Source of the DNA: Basidiobolus ranarum
Lineage: Eukaryota
Reading direction: 5' to 3'
Assembly: GCA_040143965.1 (NCBI GenBank)
Contig: JASJQH010000054.1
Span: 1-37,179, forward strand
Length of the DNA stretch: 37,179 nucleotides
The notes below the pieces were generated by a model. The model worked only from the letters and a program-made list of their open reading frames with translations. It was not told the DNA's origin and did not search any database. Numbering within the stretch: the first letter of the stretch is position 1; each line of letters begins with the position of its first letter. Shown here piece after piece: positions 12,119 to 24,875 of this stretch. Made by a program: the position numbers and the translations under genes.

Positions 12119-12673
12119 CGCGGCGGGCATACAGTGTATACAGTGGGCGGTCCATCGTTTGGTAAACATTCTACTCGAACTAATTGGGGGTTGAATCGAA
12201 TAGCTTGTGAACTGTTAATATTAACAAATCAGTCCAGATCACCCAATCACTGATGGTACAATCTAAAATATAAACAACACAGGCCAATGAGAGAGCCTCA
12301 CCTTCTATGAATTTTTAAGAAACACGCGTATTCGAAACCAGTAGAGTTGGCAGTATTTCAGATCACATTTTAAGAATATGAGCTACTTAAATGAGGAAGC
12401 AAATTAGGTGGCATCTACCTAAGGAGTAGATTACCGTTGGGTGCTGGTCGCGTGAAATATTGATTAAATACTTAATGAGTTACAGAAACATCGGTTACAG
12501 GGTAGGGCTGGTCAGTCGCGGTATCGAATCACCAGAGATTGGGCCAAATTAAGAATTGGTACTGGGTGTGGTTAAGGGAAATGCGCGTCAACTGTAATCA
12601 AACAATAATCTTGTGTGGATTATAGCCTCAGAGTGGGATCAATTCAAACCCTTAATACTAACAGATACCCGCG
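12119..12673 (+). promoter_or_regulatory. CDC25 upstream region with six CGCG cores including a perfect MCB (ACGCGT 12324-12329), CCAAT boxes and forkhead-like TAAACA sites
   Basis: CGCG at 12119, 12325, 12449, 12517, 12584, 12670; CCAAT at 12243 and 12284; ATTGG at 12183, 12538, 12555; GTAAACA at 12162; ATAAACAA at 12270. Confidence 0.5.
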
Positions 12674-12872
12674 ATTCCTGTAGCTCTAGGTTGCCGAGTC
12701 GTGAAAAAATCATACATATATAGCCGGAGGTTGGCCTCATAAGAATTATCGTTCAGTGGCTCCAGCCCTTCTTACTAACCTTCCCTCGTCCTTTTCTTCC
12801 CCCATCTCCACCTGGCCCTCTTTAGCTCTCTAGCTCTCATCGACATTTTAGTTACTCAGTAGAATAATAGAA

Positions 12873-14359
12873 ATGCCTGGTACATAATTAACGACTATGC
12901 AAATTATTGACGACAATGAAAACTAAATATATTCTTGTAATAGCCGTCAGTACTATGGGTTCACCTTGCAATATAGCTTCACCTTGCAATTTATCACGCA
13001 AGAGACTCTTATCTCCTGAATCGGCTTGTCGTCGTTCTCCCTTTGTCAGACATTTCACTGTTCCTTCCCCGTCCACTCTTGCCGTTGACTTGAATACTAG
13101 TCTTGTTTTGCAATCAAGGTGAATATCATTCTTCGTATTGCTCAGAATCCTACAATCATTTATTGACAAGGATTCTTTACAAATAGCCCTATTTCTAAGA
13201 CTCCAAGACGTTGTCTATTGAGTTCATTAAGATCAAGTGAGACACCAGTTTTTGCTGAGCCAAGTAGGCTTATGGAGGATGATGACATATTCAAATGCAC
13301 TCCTCCAGTACCAGAAAACCAACCAAGTCCCTTGATGTGTTTACCTCCTCCAAGCATGTCCAACCTATTCGGTAGCCCACTTGCTAGGTAAGTGACATCA
13401 TTAGGCACTGACTTGCGTATCACGTTTCTGACTTGTATTATAGATGTCCACCCAGAGAGTCACCAAGATTTGGACTGCCTGCTGATTTCACACTGAAGAA
13501 GGCAGCATCATTTCACCTGATTGATGAGTCACCAATTCGTCAATTTGGTAAGGGAATGGGCCGCAAGATCACCGCACCACCACCAAAACTCCGCAAAATG
13601 CACAGCATGTGTGAACTAGAGGAGCAATTTATTTACGGGGATTCACTCAAGAGCGAGGCAGATGACAGCCATGGTGAATCTTACATCCTTCCATGCCACA
13701 CCACTAAGAAGGACACCTTGAAAAGAATTACATGCGATACCGTAAGTGGACTTTATTATATGCATCAGTCCACAGCAGATGATTTATGCAACTTTACTGT
13801 TTAGTTATCCGATGTCTTGAAAGGCAAATACGATGAAGCCCACGATAAACTCATCGTTATTGATTGTCGCTTCCCATATGAGTACGAAGGAGGTCATATT
13901 CAAGACGCCATCAATGTGAATACCAAGGAATCATTGGATGCGTTTTTCCGAGAAAATACCCAAGAGCTCAATTCCCGCACCATCATCGTTTTTCATTGTG
14001 AATACTCCTCCCACAGAGCGCCCCGAATGTAAGTAGACGGTTGATTGAGCGATTCTTCAGTGATTTGTACTAATGATTCTTCAAATAGGGCACATCACTT
14101 GCGCACTCTTGATCGAGAGCTAAACGCTGTCAATTACCCTCACCTGAGTTACCCCGAGTTGTATGTACTTGATGGAGGCTATAGAAATTTCTTTGCTCAA
14201 AATGCTGGAAAGCCCCATTGCGTGCCTCAAAACTATGTAGAGATGGATGATGAATGTTACAAAATTGAATGCAAAACCCAGATGGCCAAATTTACCAAGT
14301 CATTCAATCAGAAACTCAAGAACAAGTCTATCAGCTGGTCTCGTAGCAAAAGTTTTTAA
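12873..14359 (+). CDS. CDC25: M-phase inducer tyrosine phosphatase Cdc25/Mih1; join(12873..12879,12944..13118,13187..13387,13444..13741,13805..14028,14089..14359)
   Basis: SP/TP-rich N-terminal regulatory region, then a rhodanese catalytic domain with IDCRFPYEYEGGHI, the HCEYSSHRAP (HCX5R) active site and YPELYVLDGGY..FF. Confidence 0.94.
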
Positions 14360-14761
14360 GATGCTGGTTTATAAGCTGGTTTATACATAGTTTTGAGCAA
14401 CTCGTCAACAAATATGTTACATATTTCCTTTTATGTTTATCAAGATAGCTTCACTGTACCTATTTCTCCATTTAAGCTATATATTTCTGCTTGTTGCAAA
14501 TAAATTTGCTTTATCAGTCTATGAACAAGTCATAATATACGTTACCATATATATATACTATAGAGAGGTAATCAATAAATTCCTGCTGCTGAGATTGATT
14601 TACCTGCTGAATATAGATCTGTATTATATTTCTTCATCCAATGAATTTTTTCTTTTTTTTTCTTCGTTTTAAAATTCGGGAATTCCAATGGTGAGGATAG
14701 AGAGTCATATACATGGTCTCTAGTCTAGCCGATTTTTCTCTCCTAAAATTAGTGTTAAAGA

Positions 14762-16439
14762 ATGGAGGGGATTGAACAAGACAAATTCCGTCGTACAGAC
14801 AAAGCTGATCGCGCAACAAATGAACAAGTACTTGACCGTCGTACACGTATCATTCTTTTTAAACTACTTAACGGTGGAGTGTTTTACGAAATTAATGGTT
14901 GTATCAGTACTGGTAAAGAGGTAAATAGTTTAACAGTTGACCAAAAAAGTGTAGAGTTTCTCTTTTCTTAAAGTGACCCGGATTTTCTATTCACATAGGC
15001 CAACGTATATCACGCTGTAACTGATAGTGGTGAAAACAGAGCAGTTAAGATTTATAAAACTTCCATTTTGACCTTCAAAGATCGTGACAGATATGTTACT
15101 GGTGAGTTCCGTTTCAGACACGGTTACAGTAAGCATAACCCTCGTAAAATGGTGAAAGTTTGGGCTGAAAAGGAAATGCGTAACTTGAAAAGACTTTATT
15201 CCGCTGGTATTCCTTGTCCCGAGCCTATATTGTTAAAGATGCATGTACTAGTGATGGGATTTTTGGGAGATAAAAGTGGCAGGTATGAATCACATATATT
15301 GGCGCTATCATTTTCAAGTGTAACGAGTTAATCATTCGTATTAGAGCATATCCCCGTTTGAAAGATGCCGTCGTGAGCGATGAGAAGTATCCACAACTTT
15401 ACTACCAATTAGTTAAAGAGATGCGTAAATTATATCAAGTATGTCATTTAGTCCACGGTGATTTAAGTGAATACAATATCTTGTAAGACATTCAACACTT
15501 TCTTCTAGAATCTCATCCAGCTATGTACTAACATACATTCTAGATATCACAAGAGTACACTGTACATCATTGATGTGTCGCAATCAGTAGAGCATGATCA
15601 CCCTCACGCTTTAGAGTTTTTGAGAATGGATTGTACCAATGTTACTGATTATTTCCGTAAGAGAGGAGTCTCAGTCATGAGCGTTCGTGAATTATTTGAT
15701 TTCATTACTGATGTCAACATCGGCCCTACTGAAGAAGAAATAGAGACTGAATTGGATAAAGTATGCAACGCCCGCTAATGTCTGTATACATTCGTTCATT
15801 TCACTAAACCTTCTTAAATAGATCCAGAAGGTTGTCACCGATAGACATGATGATGCTGATGTTATGAAGAGCTTTGATATCGATGAAGAGGTCTTCAAAA
15901 AGATATATATTCCTCGTAATCTAGACGAAGTGTTTGATATTGAACGTGATGTTGACAAAATTCAGAAAGGTGAAGGCGAGGGGGTATGTTCATCTTCCTG
16001 GATAGTTTCCTTTTTTACTCGACTAATATCTTTATTTCTAGCTTATATATCAAAAACTCACTGGTCTTAGCTTAAAAGACTTCGATAACGAGGATCTCAA
16101 GGTCGGGAGTGAAAGCGAAGAGGAAACCGACAGCGAGGAGGATGAGGAAAATAGCGGTTATGATGATGATGAGGAGGATGATGATGAAGAAGATAGTGAT
16201 TTAGAGGATGAATTCCATCAACAGCGTGGTAAACGTTTCGAAAACAAAGATGAGAAGAAGGTTTTTGACCTTGAACTTGAATATTTTCAGCTAGTACATT
16301 TGCTCATCTCTTAAACTCGTAGGAACGTAAAAAGGCAGCAAAGGAACAGGCTCGTGAAAAAAGGAAGACCAAGATCCCTAAAGCTGTAAAAAAGAGAAAG
16401 GAAAAGATGACTTCCTGCAAGGGTAAATCCAAGAAATAG
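14762..16439 (+). CDS. RIO1: Atypical Ser/Thr kinase Rio1 (40S maturation); join(14762..14920,14999..15282,15345..15482,15544..15760,15822..15983,16042..16260,16323..16439)
   Basis: [71 protein letters not shown], and an acidic then basic tail. The start codon is uncertain. Confidence 0.94.
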
Positions 16440-16682
16440 ACAATTAATACATCAAGTCATTGCATATTGTAAAGTATATTTAACGAGAACTACCAAGAAT
16501 TCCTATGCAAATATCTATATACATTATGCAATACAAATAGGTATAGCGTTCAATAAATTATCTTAATGCCAAGTTTATTTGCTATTTGTAGCGTTTGCAG
16601 CATCAGTTGGTACTCCACTTCTCTATAGCGAGTTCGTTCTTTTCTCCAGTTTATGGACATATTACAAGGTGATAGTACTAGT

Positions 16683-18146
16683 CTATGGCATGGAGCTCCG
16701 ATTGGATATATTATTGATGCGAGATGTGTTGGAAAGGCAGTTGGCTGATTCCTTTTCTTCTAGTACCATTTGCCACTCGATATAGCTATATAACGGGGGT
16801 AGTAATACCACGTCATTAATTCACAATCAACTGAAGATGAGTGATATATTATTACCTTGCTGGCCTAGGTCGTGCGATAAACTGGATGATGTTCTTAACT
16901 ATGCTTCCTAGGTTGAACGGATGCAGAGTGTGTTGGGTATTGATTGAGGACCGTATCTAGTTTTAGCATTGAGAATGAGAAACGTCTATGGTGAGGTTGG
17001 GCGTATGGAAGCTTACCTGCTCATGTGTGGTCATGTTTTTTGATATGAGAAACAAATGATATCCTGTCATACCTGTGATGGTAAACCCAAACACAAACGT
17101 GAAAATCGCCAATATTAGAGTGTGTTAGTTAAGGATGAATGTGCTCAAATGTGATGAATATGAACAATTAATTGGGAATTGAAAGGATATCTGACGAAGT
17201 GCTCGCCTAAGACTTGTTGAAAGGAGTATGTTCCTGATGCACTTGCTTTTGTCTGAATTTTCCAATATAGGATAAGATGACCAAGACTAAATCCAAACAC
17301 ATACAGACTCAATATTGACGAGGTCAATATGAAGGTAAAAAAATAGCGATAGTTTCGACGCCCGACACAATTATTGACCCAGATGCAGTGATGATCCTCA
17401 TTTTCTAGTGAGAGCAGTCAGTTAGTATCTACCTTGTTTCCAAGCATTCTTAGGCTCACTAACCCACGCAATTATCACATTGCCTACAATGACTACATCT
17501 AGGGGGACGATACAGTTGACAAGTATCGCAATACTTTAACTTCATAGCAACTCCGTTGATTTCAACATCTTTTAATACGGGATAAACAGAAAAGGGTGTA
17601 TGCGATTGGTCTGTCAAGTCTGAGGAGCTGTGAGGCTCTCCGAGTACATCTAAAGGTTGCATGGGGTCCAAATTTCGAGGTAGTATCTATAAAGAGATGC
17701 AGTTAGTTACATCCTGTGAACAACAAATTCAATTAACTTACTCCAGGATCAGTCCAAGAGGTTTTCAATAAGGAGGCCATACATAATAGATATAAATATG
17801 CAAAAACATATATAACAGCGGGACTAATGTTACTATATACAAAAGGGCACCTAAGAAAGAGTGGGTAAGTTTCTTGGTTCAGTAATCTCAGTCATTCATC
17901 GAAAGAAGTGATTCTTTTGATGTACAATACGACTAGTAGTTATTCTTGATTATCAATTTTATGATGGAGAAACGCTTACACAAACACGCAAAACAAAACC
18001 ATGGGGATGTGAATTATGAGAAGAGTTACTCCAAAGGCCCAAAAGTCACGACAAGTAATTATTCTACCCCATAGCAGAATCTTATTTCTTCCATCAAAGC
18101 TGTCGTTTATGTTCTTCGGCCTGGTTTGACCGGAGTGGGGTTTCAT
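16683..18146 (-). CDS. ERF2: DHHC palmitoyltransferase, Erf2/ZDHHC9-like, 339 aa; join(18146..17980,17850..17742,17686..17464,17404..17191,17119..17017,16956..16856,16785..16683)
   Basis: GRNK..LWGRI N-terminus, [63 protein letters not shown] and HPFN.G..KN. Exon phases add up only with an AT-AC intron 4. Confidence 0.9.
17120..17190 (-). other. U12-type (minor spliceosome) AT-AC intron, 71 nt
   Basis: 5' end ATATCCTTTC, branch point TCCTTAAC (17135-17128), 3' end ..AACACAC. Splicing gives ..HFV-S-LILAIF.. in frame. Confidence 0.92.
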
Positions 18147-18618
18147 TTCAAGTAAAAGAAAAAGTCGAGCAATGGCTCTTAATACCAAGTGATTTAAAGT
18201 TCTCATCACAATAATCAACATTATGCATATTTCGCGAGGTTTAAAACAATATAATGATTATTATTTTTAAGAATCGTAGGTAGGATTAGGTAATATCTCA
18301 ATGTATTATTATATGTCGGATGTTAGTTAAGTGTTTCATCGACGAAGTTTTATCTTTGATTGTCATAAAGCTACCGAAAATTAAAGCGTTGTTGAATAAA
18401 ATAACCGGAAATCACATAAATAGTACCATATTCCCAGTGACCAGTATTATAGAATATTATGCACCTAGTTGAGAAGTTATTGTGCCGCAGATAATAAAAA
18501 CAAAACAAACAATATTATTGGCAACAAGTATGACCTCAATATTTTGACTGATTGGGCATTTCACATTAGTATTGAAGGCCTCTGCAGCTTCTTCATTAAA
18601 GACACAACAGCTAATACA

Positions 18619-21420
18619 ATGAACCAGTTAACACAAGGTGCAATTAAGGCCATTTATGAGGATAACAAAGACTCGCCTGCTTCTGCAAACCCAGTCTTAC
18701 AGATCATCAACATTAAAAAACTGACTTCACAAAATCCATCTACTCCTGAGCGCTTTCGGTAAATACTCTTACTCACCTTAGAAACAAACCTACTTATCTA
18801 ACACCTTACCCTTATAAGACTTGTTATTTCCGATGGATCCCACTTTATGCAAGGTGATAATTCGTTTACTCCTTAGCTTGTTTACATATACTAAAGTTCA
18901 TTTTACAGCCATGCTGGGTACACAAATGAACGAGTTAATCAATAACGGTTTGATCACGAAATATACCGTAATCAAACTTGTTCAATACATTTGTAATTCA
19001 GTTCAAAACAGAAGGTACATACTTACTTATTAATTGCTGCCATATATATGAATATTAACATGCCCCTAGAATAGTGATTGTTCTGAATGTTGAGGCTTTA
19101 GGAACTCCTGACGAAAAGATTGGAGACCCAATCTCTATGGAGCCTACTCCTGCCCAAGTTGGAGGCTCCCCTTCCAATCAAGAATCTCCTCAACAAAGAC
19201 AAAGCCCCAGCAATCCTACCACAAACCAACCCTACCCCCAGCAACCACAACATCAGCAGCAAAGTTATGGTCAGAACAATTCCAATGCGGGCCAAGGACA
19301 TCCATTCAATGGAAACAAACCTTCTGCCGCTCTAAACAAAGGCCCTAATAAGTAATAGCCTTTGTACACTAGCTTCAAATTACATGTTACTAATCTCAAA
19401 GAAACTAGCCAAGCTTCTAATATGCCACCACGTTCTCTCGGAGAGCCAACAGGTACCGTCTATCCCATCAAAGGTCTTAGTCCATACCAAAATAAGTAAG
19501 TCTACGTGATTACCTCAATAAGGGATTTTCTTTTCTAACAACTTATATAGATGGACTATTCGTGTTCGAGTAACTTCAAAATCCGATATCAGACATTGGC
19601 ACAATGCTCGTGGTGAAGGAAAACTCTTTAGCGTAAACTTACTAGATGAGAGTGTAAGACGATTAAATTGTTGTTCATACACGGGCTGAATACTCATTAT
19701 TTTCATCGATATAGGGAGAGATTAAGGCTACAGCTTTCAATGATCAAGTGGATCAGTTTTATAGTCTTTTTGAAGAAAACAAGGTTGGTGCTAATGAGTT
19801 ATGGTACAAATCAATTGCTATTAACAACTAAATCATAATGTAGATCTATTACATCTCCAAAGCAAAGGTTACTATGGCCAAGCCACAATTTTCGTCCATT
19901 CAAAATGAATATGAGTTATCTTTGGATCATGGAACTGAAGTGTCACTCGTAAGTAAGCAATACACGTTGGCCAAAGAAGCATTAACGATATTCATAGAGT
20001 TTTTCAATAGTGTATGGACACAGCAGATGTTCCTCAAGTTCGCTACAACTTTGTCGAACTAAGCAAACTAAATGATGTAGCAAAAGACAGCACCATCGGT
20101 ATGTCTATAGAATATAATAAGAAATCTAGTGTATTTCTCTGACACACTATTTGTATAGATGTCATTGGTGTTGTAAGGGAAACCCAAGAGTTATCCCAAA
20201 TTCTCTCCAAAGCTACCCAAAAGCCTGTATCGAAGCGTGATTTGACCCTAGTTGACACATCGGATTATTCAGTTCGACTTACTTTGTGGGGTAAACAAGC
20301 TGAGACTTTTGATGGCTCTGCTACACCTATCATAGCATTCAAAGGCGTTCGCGTCAGTGACTTTAATGGTAAGTTACCACAGTATGATTTTATATAGCTC
20401 TTCCGTTGACCATCGAATGCGTTCCTAGGACGTTCACTCTCCATGTATAGCTCTAGCTCGATGATGGTCGATCCAGATATTCCTGAGGCTCATCGCCTTC
20501 GTGGATGGTTAGTAATTGCATCCTATTTGACTCATTCACAACTGAGATATTTACATGGGGCTTCTTTAGGTATGATTCAATGGGTCATTCTGCACAATTT
20601 CACAGCTACTCCAACGCTATGGGCGGAGGAGGAACTCAAATTTCCATCAAAAAAGATGAGCTAAAGAATTTCGGACAAGTTAAGGATGAAAATCTTGGAA
20701 TGGGTGACAAGGTAAGAAGAACTCTATAATGGAATGGCACAACAGAGATTAATCTACATCATGTTATTATAGCCCGACTATTTCCTTGCCAAAGGAACAG
20801 TTGTGTTTTTAAAGCAAGAGAATCTTGCATACCCAGCATGCCCTAGTGACTCTTGTAACAAGAAGGTTACCGAAGATGCAGGTGGTTGGAGATGTGAGAA
20901 GTGTAATAGAAGCTACGATGCCCCCGAATACAGGTAATTCGAATCAAATCCAATCAATATTGTATCGCCTCTTATAAAATCGCGTATTAGATATATCATG
21001 GCTGTGAATGTTAGCGATCACACTGGCCAAGTTTGGTTGCAATGCTTCAACGATATTGGAGTTCAAATTCTTGGGAAATCAGCTGGTGAACTTATGCAAC
21101 TCAAGGTATACTTATTATCAATACAGTCTCCGATAAAAAGCCCATTTGGTTAAACTCTCCATCAATAGGATATCAACCCAGTCGCCTTCACCGCGGTATT
21201 CCAACAAGCCAACTTCAAGCAATACATGTTCAAGTGCCGTGCTAAGCAAGAAGTGTTCAATGTAAGTAATTCATTTGATTGTTAAAGTCAACTATATACC
21301 AACAGAGTTCTTCAATAGGACACTTCCAAAGTTCGCTATAGCGTATTGCAAGCTACACCTATTGATTTCGTTTCACAATCCAAGTCACTGTTGGAGCAAA
21401 TTGCACAATTGGAAAAGTAA
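18619..21420 (+). CDS. RFA1: Replication protein A 70-kDa subunit (Rfa1/RPA1), ~16 exons
   Basis: N-terminal OB fold (RFRLVISDG.HFMQAML), [86 protein letters not shown], and the zinc finger [19 protein letters not shown]. About 15 GT-AG introns. Confidence 0.96.
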
Positions 21421-21755
21421 ATGATGCCCGTCTTTAATATGTAAAAGGAGCTGGTCTAGTGTTGTGTTGCTCCAAACTATCTTTGATGCTCTTCAGTTGC
21501 ATTTATTGTACAATTTCATTTGAATTCATGTTATTCTTCCCCAATCGTTCTAGACAGAATAAAATTATTTCTCTAACAATCGAGCTGAACAACATTGCTA
21601 CGTGTGAATGTGGCTAGTTTGAATATTTATTTGGATGAAGTTAAGCAATAGATGGGAGAAATGTTGAATGCAGGTGATAAGTATCTAGAAGGATTGAATT
21701 ATAGAGATAACAGAAGAAAAGTTCAATTCCCTCATATCTAAAAGTGTACACGAAA

Positions 21756-22199
21756 CTAAACAACAACTTCGATACCGACAGATCTAGCACTACCAACAAT
21801 AGAACCACAGATATTTTTCAATTCTTGATGAGCCAAGTTAGCGTCCTTTTGTTTACGAAGGGCGATTTCGTAAACGTGTTTGAGTGAAATTTTACCAACA
21901 ATCTGGGAACCAGGTTGAGAACTACCCTTCTCAACACCAGCAGCACGCTTGAGAAGCCAAGAAGTAGGTGGACTTTTGGTAACAAAGCTGAAGGTACGGT
22001 CAGGCTTGACGGTAATAACAGTGGGGATGGGGGTACCTGGTTCAATGTCCTTAGTGCGGTCATTGAATTGTTTACAAAAGTCCATGGATTTGATACCACG
22101 CTGACCAAGGGCAGGACCAACTGGTGGGGATGGAGAAGCCTTACCAGCTGGTACTAGAATTCTTAGAAATGCGGTGGCAGCAGGTTTTTTGGCGGACAT
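21756..22199 (-). CDS. MRPL19: Mitochondrial large subunit ribosomal protein uL11m (yeast MrpL19)
   Basis: AGKASPSPPVGPALGQRGIKSMDFCKQFNDRT, KISLKHVYEIA and GSARSVGIEV; intronless. Confidence 0.94.
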   Translation of the reverse strand: MSAKKPAATAFLRILVPAGKASPSPPVGPALGQRGIKSMDFCKQFNDRTKDIEPGTPIPTVITVKPDRTFSFVTKSPPTSWLLKRAAGVEKGSSQPGSQIVGKISLKHVYEIALRKQKDANLAHQELKNICGSIVGSARSVGIEVVV

Positions 22200-22692
22200 G
22201 ATAACTTTAGTTCAAAGTGATATATGTAAAAGTTGACTTTCAAAATATATCTTGCTTTTTGTCTTGTCCCTGTCCTAGTCCCATAACAGTAAAAGTTTTT
22301 TGATTCTTCAAATTGAAATATCACTGATGACCACCAATCCTCTCCGATACTTTTTCCCTCAATTCATATTCTAATCTCTCACTTTATATGGTTAATAAAT
22401 TGATTTCTATGATATCGTGCTTTCCACACAAATAATTCCTAATCAACAAAAGGAATTTCAACCATTTCTAAAGCTAACTATAAATGACTAAATGCTGATT
22501 AAATGCTAGGTTGTTAAGGGATTTTTTAATACACAATTAGTGCATGATAATAGACCCAAGGTTTTTTTTCTTATAATGGATTGAAAAAAAAAGAAAAAAA
22601 AGCCTACAAAGAAATGAATCAATTTTACTTAGACAACAGTCAAATTCAGGAAGTTATTCAATTCTCAATACAACCTAACACTGTACGAGATC

Positions 22693-24875
22693 ATGGCCGG
22701 GACCCCAATTCAAAAAAAGCGTAAGGCCTCAAATGAGGGAGAAGGTAAAGCTCCCAAACAAGTGAAGGAGGTTAAAGACAAAAGCGCCAAGAAGTCCAAG
22801 GCTCCCGTTGAACAGGATACCGAAATTAAAGAGAAGAAATCCAAGAGCAAATCCAAAGAAGTGAAAGAGGCTAAAGATAAAAGCTCTAAGAAGACCAAGA
22901 CTTCCGATGACAACAATGCTGAGATTAAGGAGAAAAAGAGCAAAAGTAAGGAAGATAAAGTAAAAGAGCCCAAGGAAAAAAGCACTTCTAAGAAGGCCAA
23001 GGTTGATACTGAGGGTAAGGATAAGAAAAAGAAGAAGGCTGTGACTAAGGAGACTCCTGAAGAAGTAGAGGACTCTGACGAAGAGATGTTCGCTGCGGAT
23101 TTCGAAACAGCTCAAGAGGAACCTGTCGAAGAGGCTGTTGATACTATGGATCTGACTGAGCCAGAAGCCAAGGTTAACGAACAACCTGCTAACAGTCAAA
23201 ATTCCAAAGAATCACATGAGAAACAGAAGACTTTGAAATTAGAGCGTAAAGCTCAAAAGCCCCACTTCGAAATTTTATCACAAGCCAAAAAGCTTTGGGA
23301 GAAAATGCGTCGTAAGGATGTTCCCAAGCCTGAAAGAGAGAAGCTTATTTCGGATTTAATGGCCTTGGTGAAAGGTAGCGTTGTTGAGGTACGTGATTTT
23401 AATACTCAAACTTGATTAGCGAAGATATTAACTTTTGAATTACTTAGGTTATTTTCAAACATGATGCCTCAAGAGTTATTCAAACATGCTTGAAATACGG
23501 TAACTCTGAACACCGTAATCAAATTGCCGGTGAATTGAAAGGCAAATATTTAGAGCTTTCAAAAAGTATGTACGGTAAATTCATCGTGATCAAGATTTTG
23601 CACTACTGCCCCAAGTATCGTGAACATGTTGTCAAAGAGTTTTACGGAAAGGTCCGTAAGTTGATTAAGCACAAGGAGGCTTCCGAGATCATTGAGGAGG
23701 CTTTTGGACAATTCGCCAATTCTGCTCAGCGTCATGCCTTGGTTGAAGAGTTCTACGGTTCGGAATTCGCTTTATTCAAATCTGCCGAAAAGAAATCATT
23801 AGATGATATCCTCAAGGAAAAGCCAGAAAAGAAGGAGACAATTTTGAAGCATTTGTTTGAAACTGTATCTGATATTCTGGATAAAGGAACCATCAATCAC
23901 AGTATTGTTCATCGTGCCATGTACGAGTACCTTACACACACCGACGCCAGTGGCGTGCAAGAAATGATCGCTCTTATTAAGGAGCAAGTTGCCGAAATTC
24001 TTCATACTAAGGACGGTGCTCAAGTTGCTATGCTCTGTCTTCTCTATGCCACCCCCAAAGATCGTAAGGTGATTGTGAAATCATTCAAACCATTTGTCCA
24101 GAAGATTTGTCAAGAAGAGTTTGGTCATATGGTCTTCCTCAGACTATTTGATGTTATTGATGATACAGTGCTTGTCACTAAGAACATCATTAGCGAGATC
24201 TGCAACGCTTTGGATGAAATTGTTGATGACAAATATGGTCGTCGTGTTGTTTTGTATCTCCTTGCTGGCAGATCTCCCAAATATATCTCACCTGGAAATA
24301 TTTCCCTCCTCGAAACTGGTGACGAAGTTCGTTCCACTACTAGTAAGAAAGATCCCACTGCTCGTGCCAACGAGTTGTTAAATGCCATTTCTCCAGCTCT
24401 TATGAAATATGTCTCTGAAAACCTTGCTACTATGCTCCGGGAACCATTCCCTAGTCAGGTTTGCTTTGAGGTTTACAGAAACGCCGCTGGTGATAAATCG
24501 GTACTCTACGATGCTCTTAAAGCCATTCTCTCTGAAGAAGCTGAAGATGAACATATTTTAGAGAACCCAATTGCCAGTCGTACCCTCAAGAATTTAATTC
24601 AATCTGAATACAAAACCAAGAATGGAGAAGTTAAGCCTGCCAGTGATGCTAAGATTGGACCCCTTGTCCTTGAAGCCATCCAACCCCACATTGAGCACTT
24701 CAGTACTTCAGGTGGTTCTTTTGTTGTCCTTTCCCTTCTTGAATCCCCTGCTTGCCAAAAGAAGGTGAATTCTTCACTCAAGAAGCGCGTCAAAGATATC
24801 AAGAAAGCCGGAGCTGAGGGTAACAAGGGTGCCGAAATTCTTGCTGAAGCCATTGCCAAGCTGGGCTCCAACTAA
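22693..24875 (+). CDS. PUF6: Pumilio-homology protein Puf6/PUM3 (60S biogenesis); join(22693..23388,23448..24875)
   Basis: Lys/Glu-rich N-terminus, AKKLWEKMRRK, FKHDASRVIQTCLKYG, EILHTKDGA and the CPL-like DVIDDTVL..DKYGRR.LLYLL. Confidence 0.93.
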
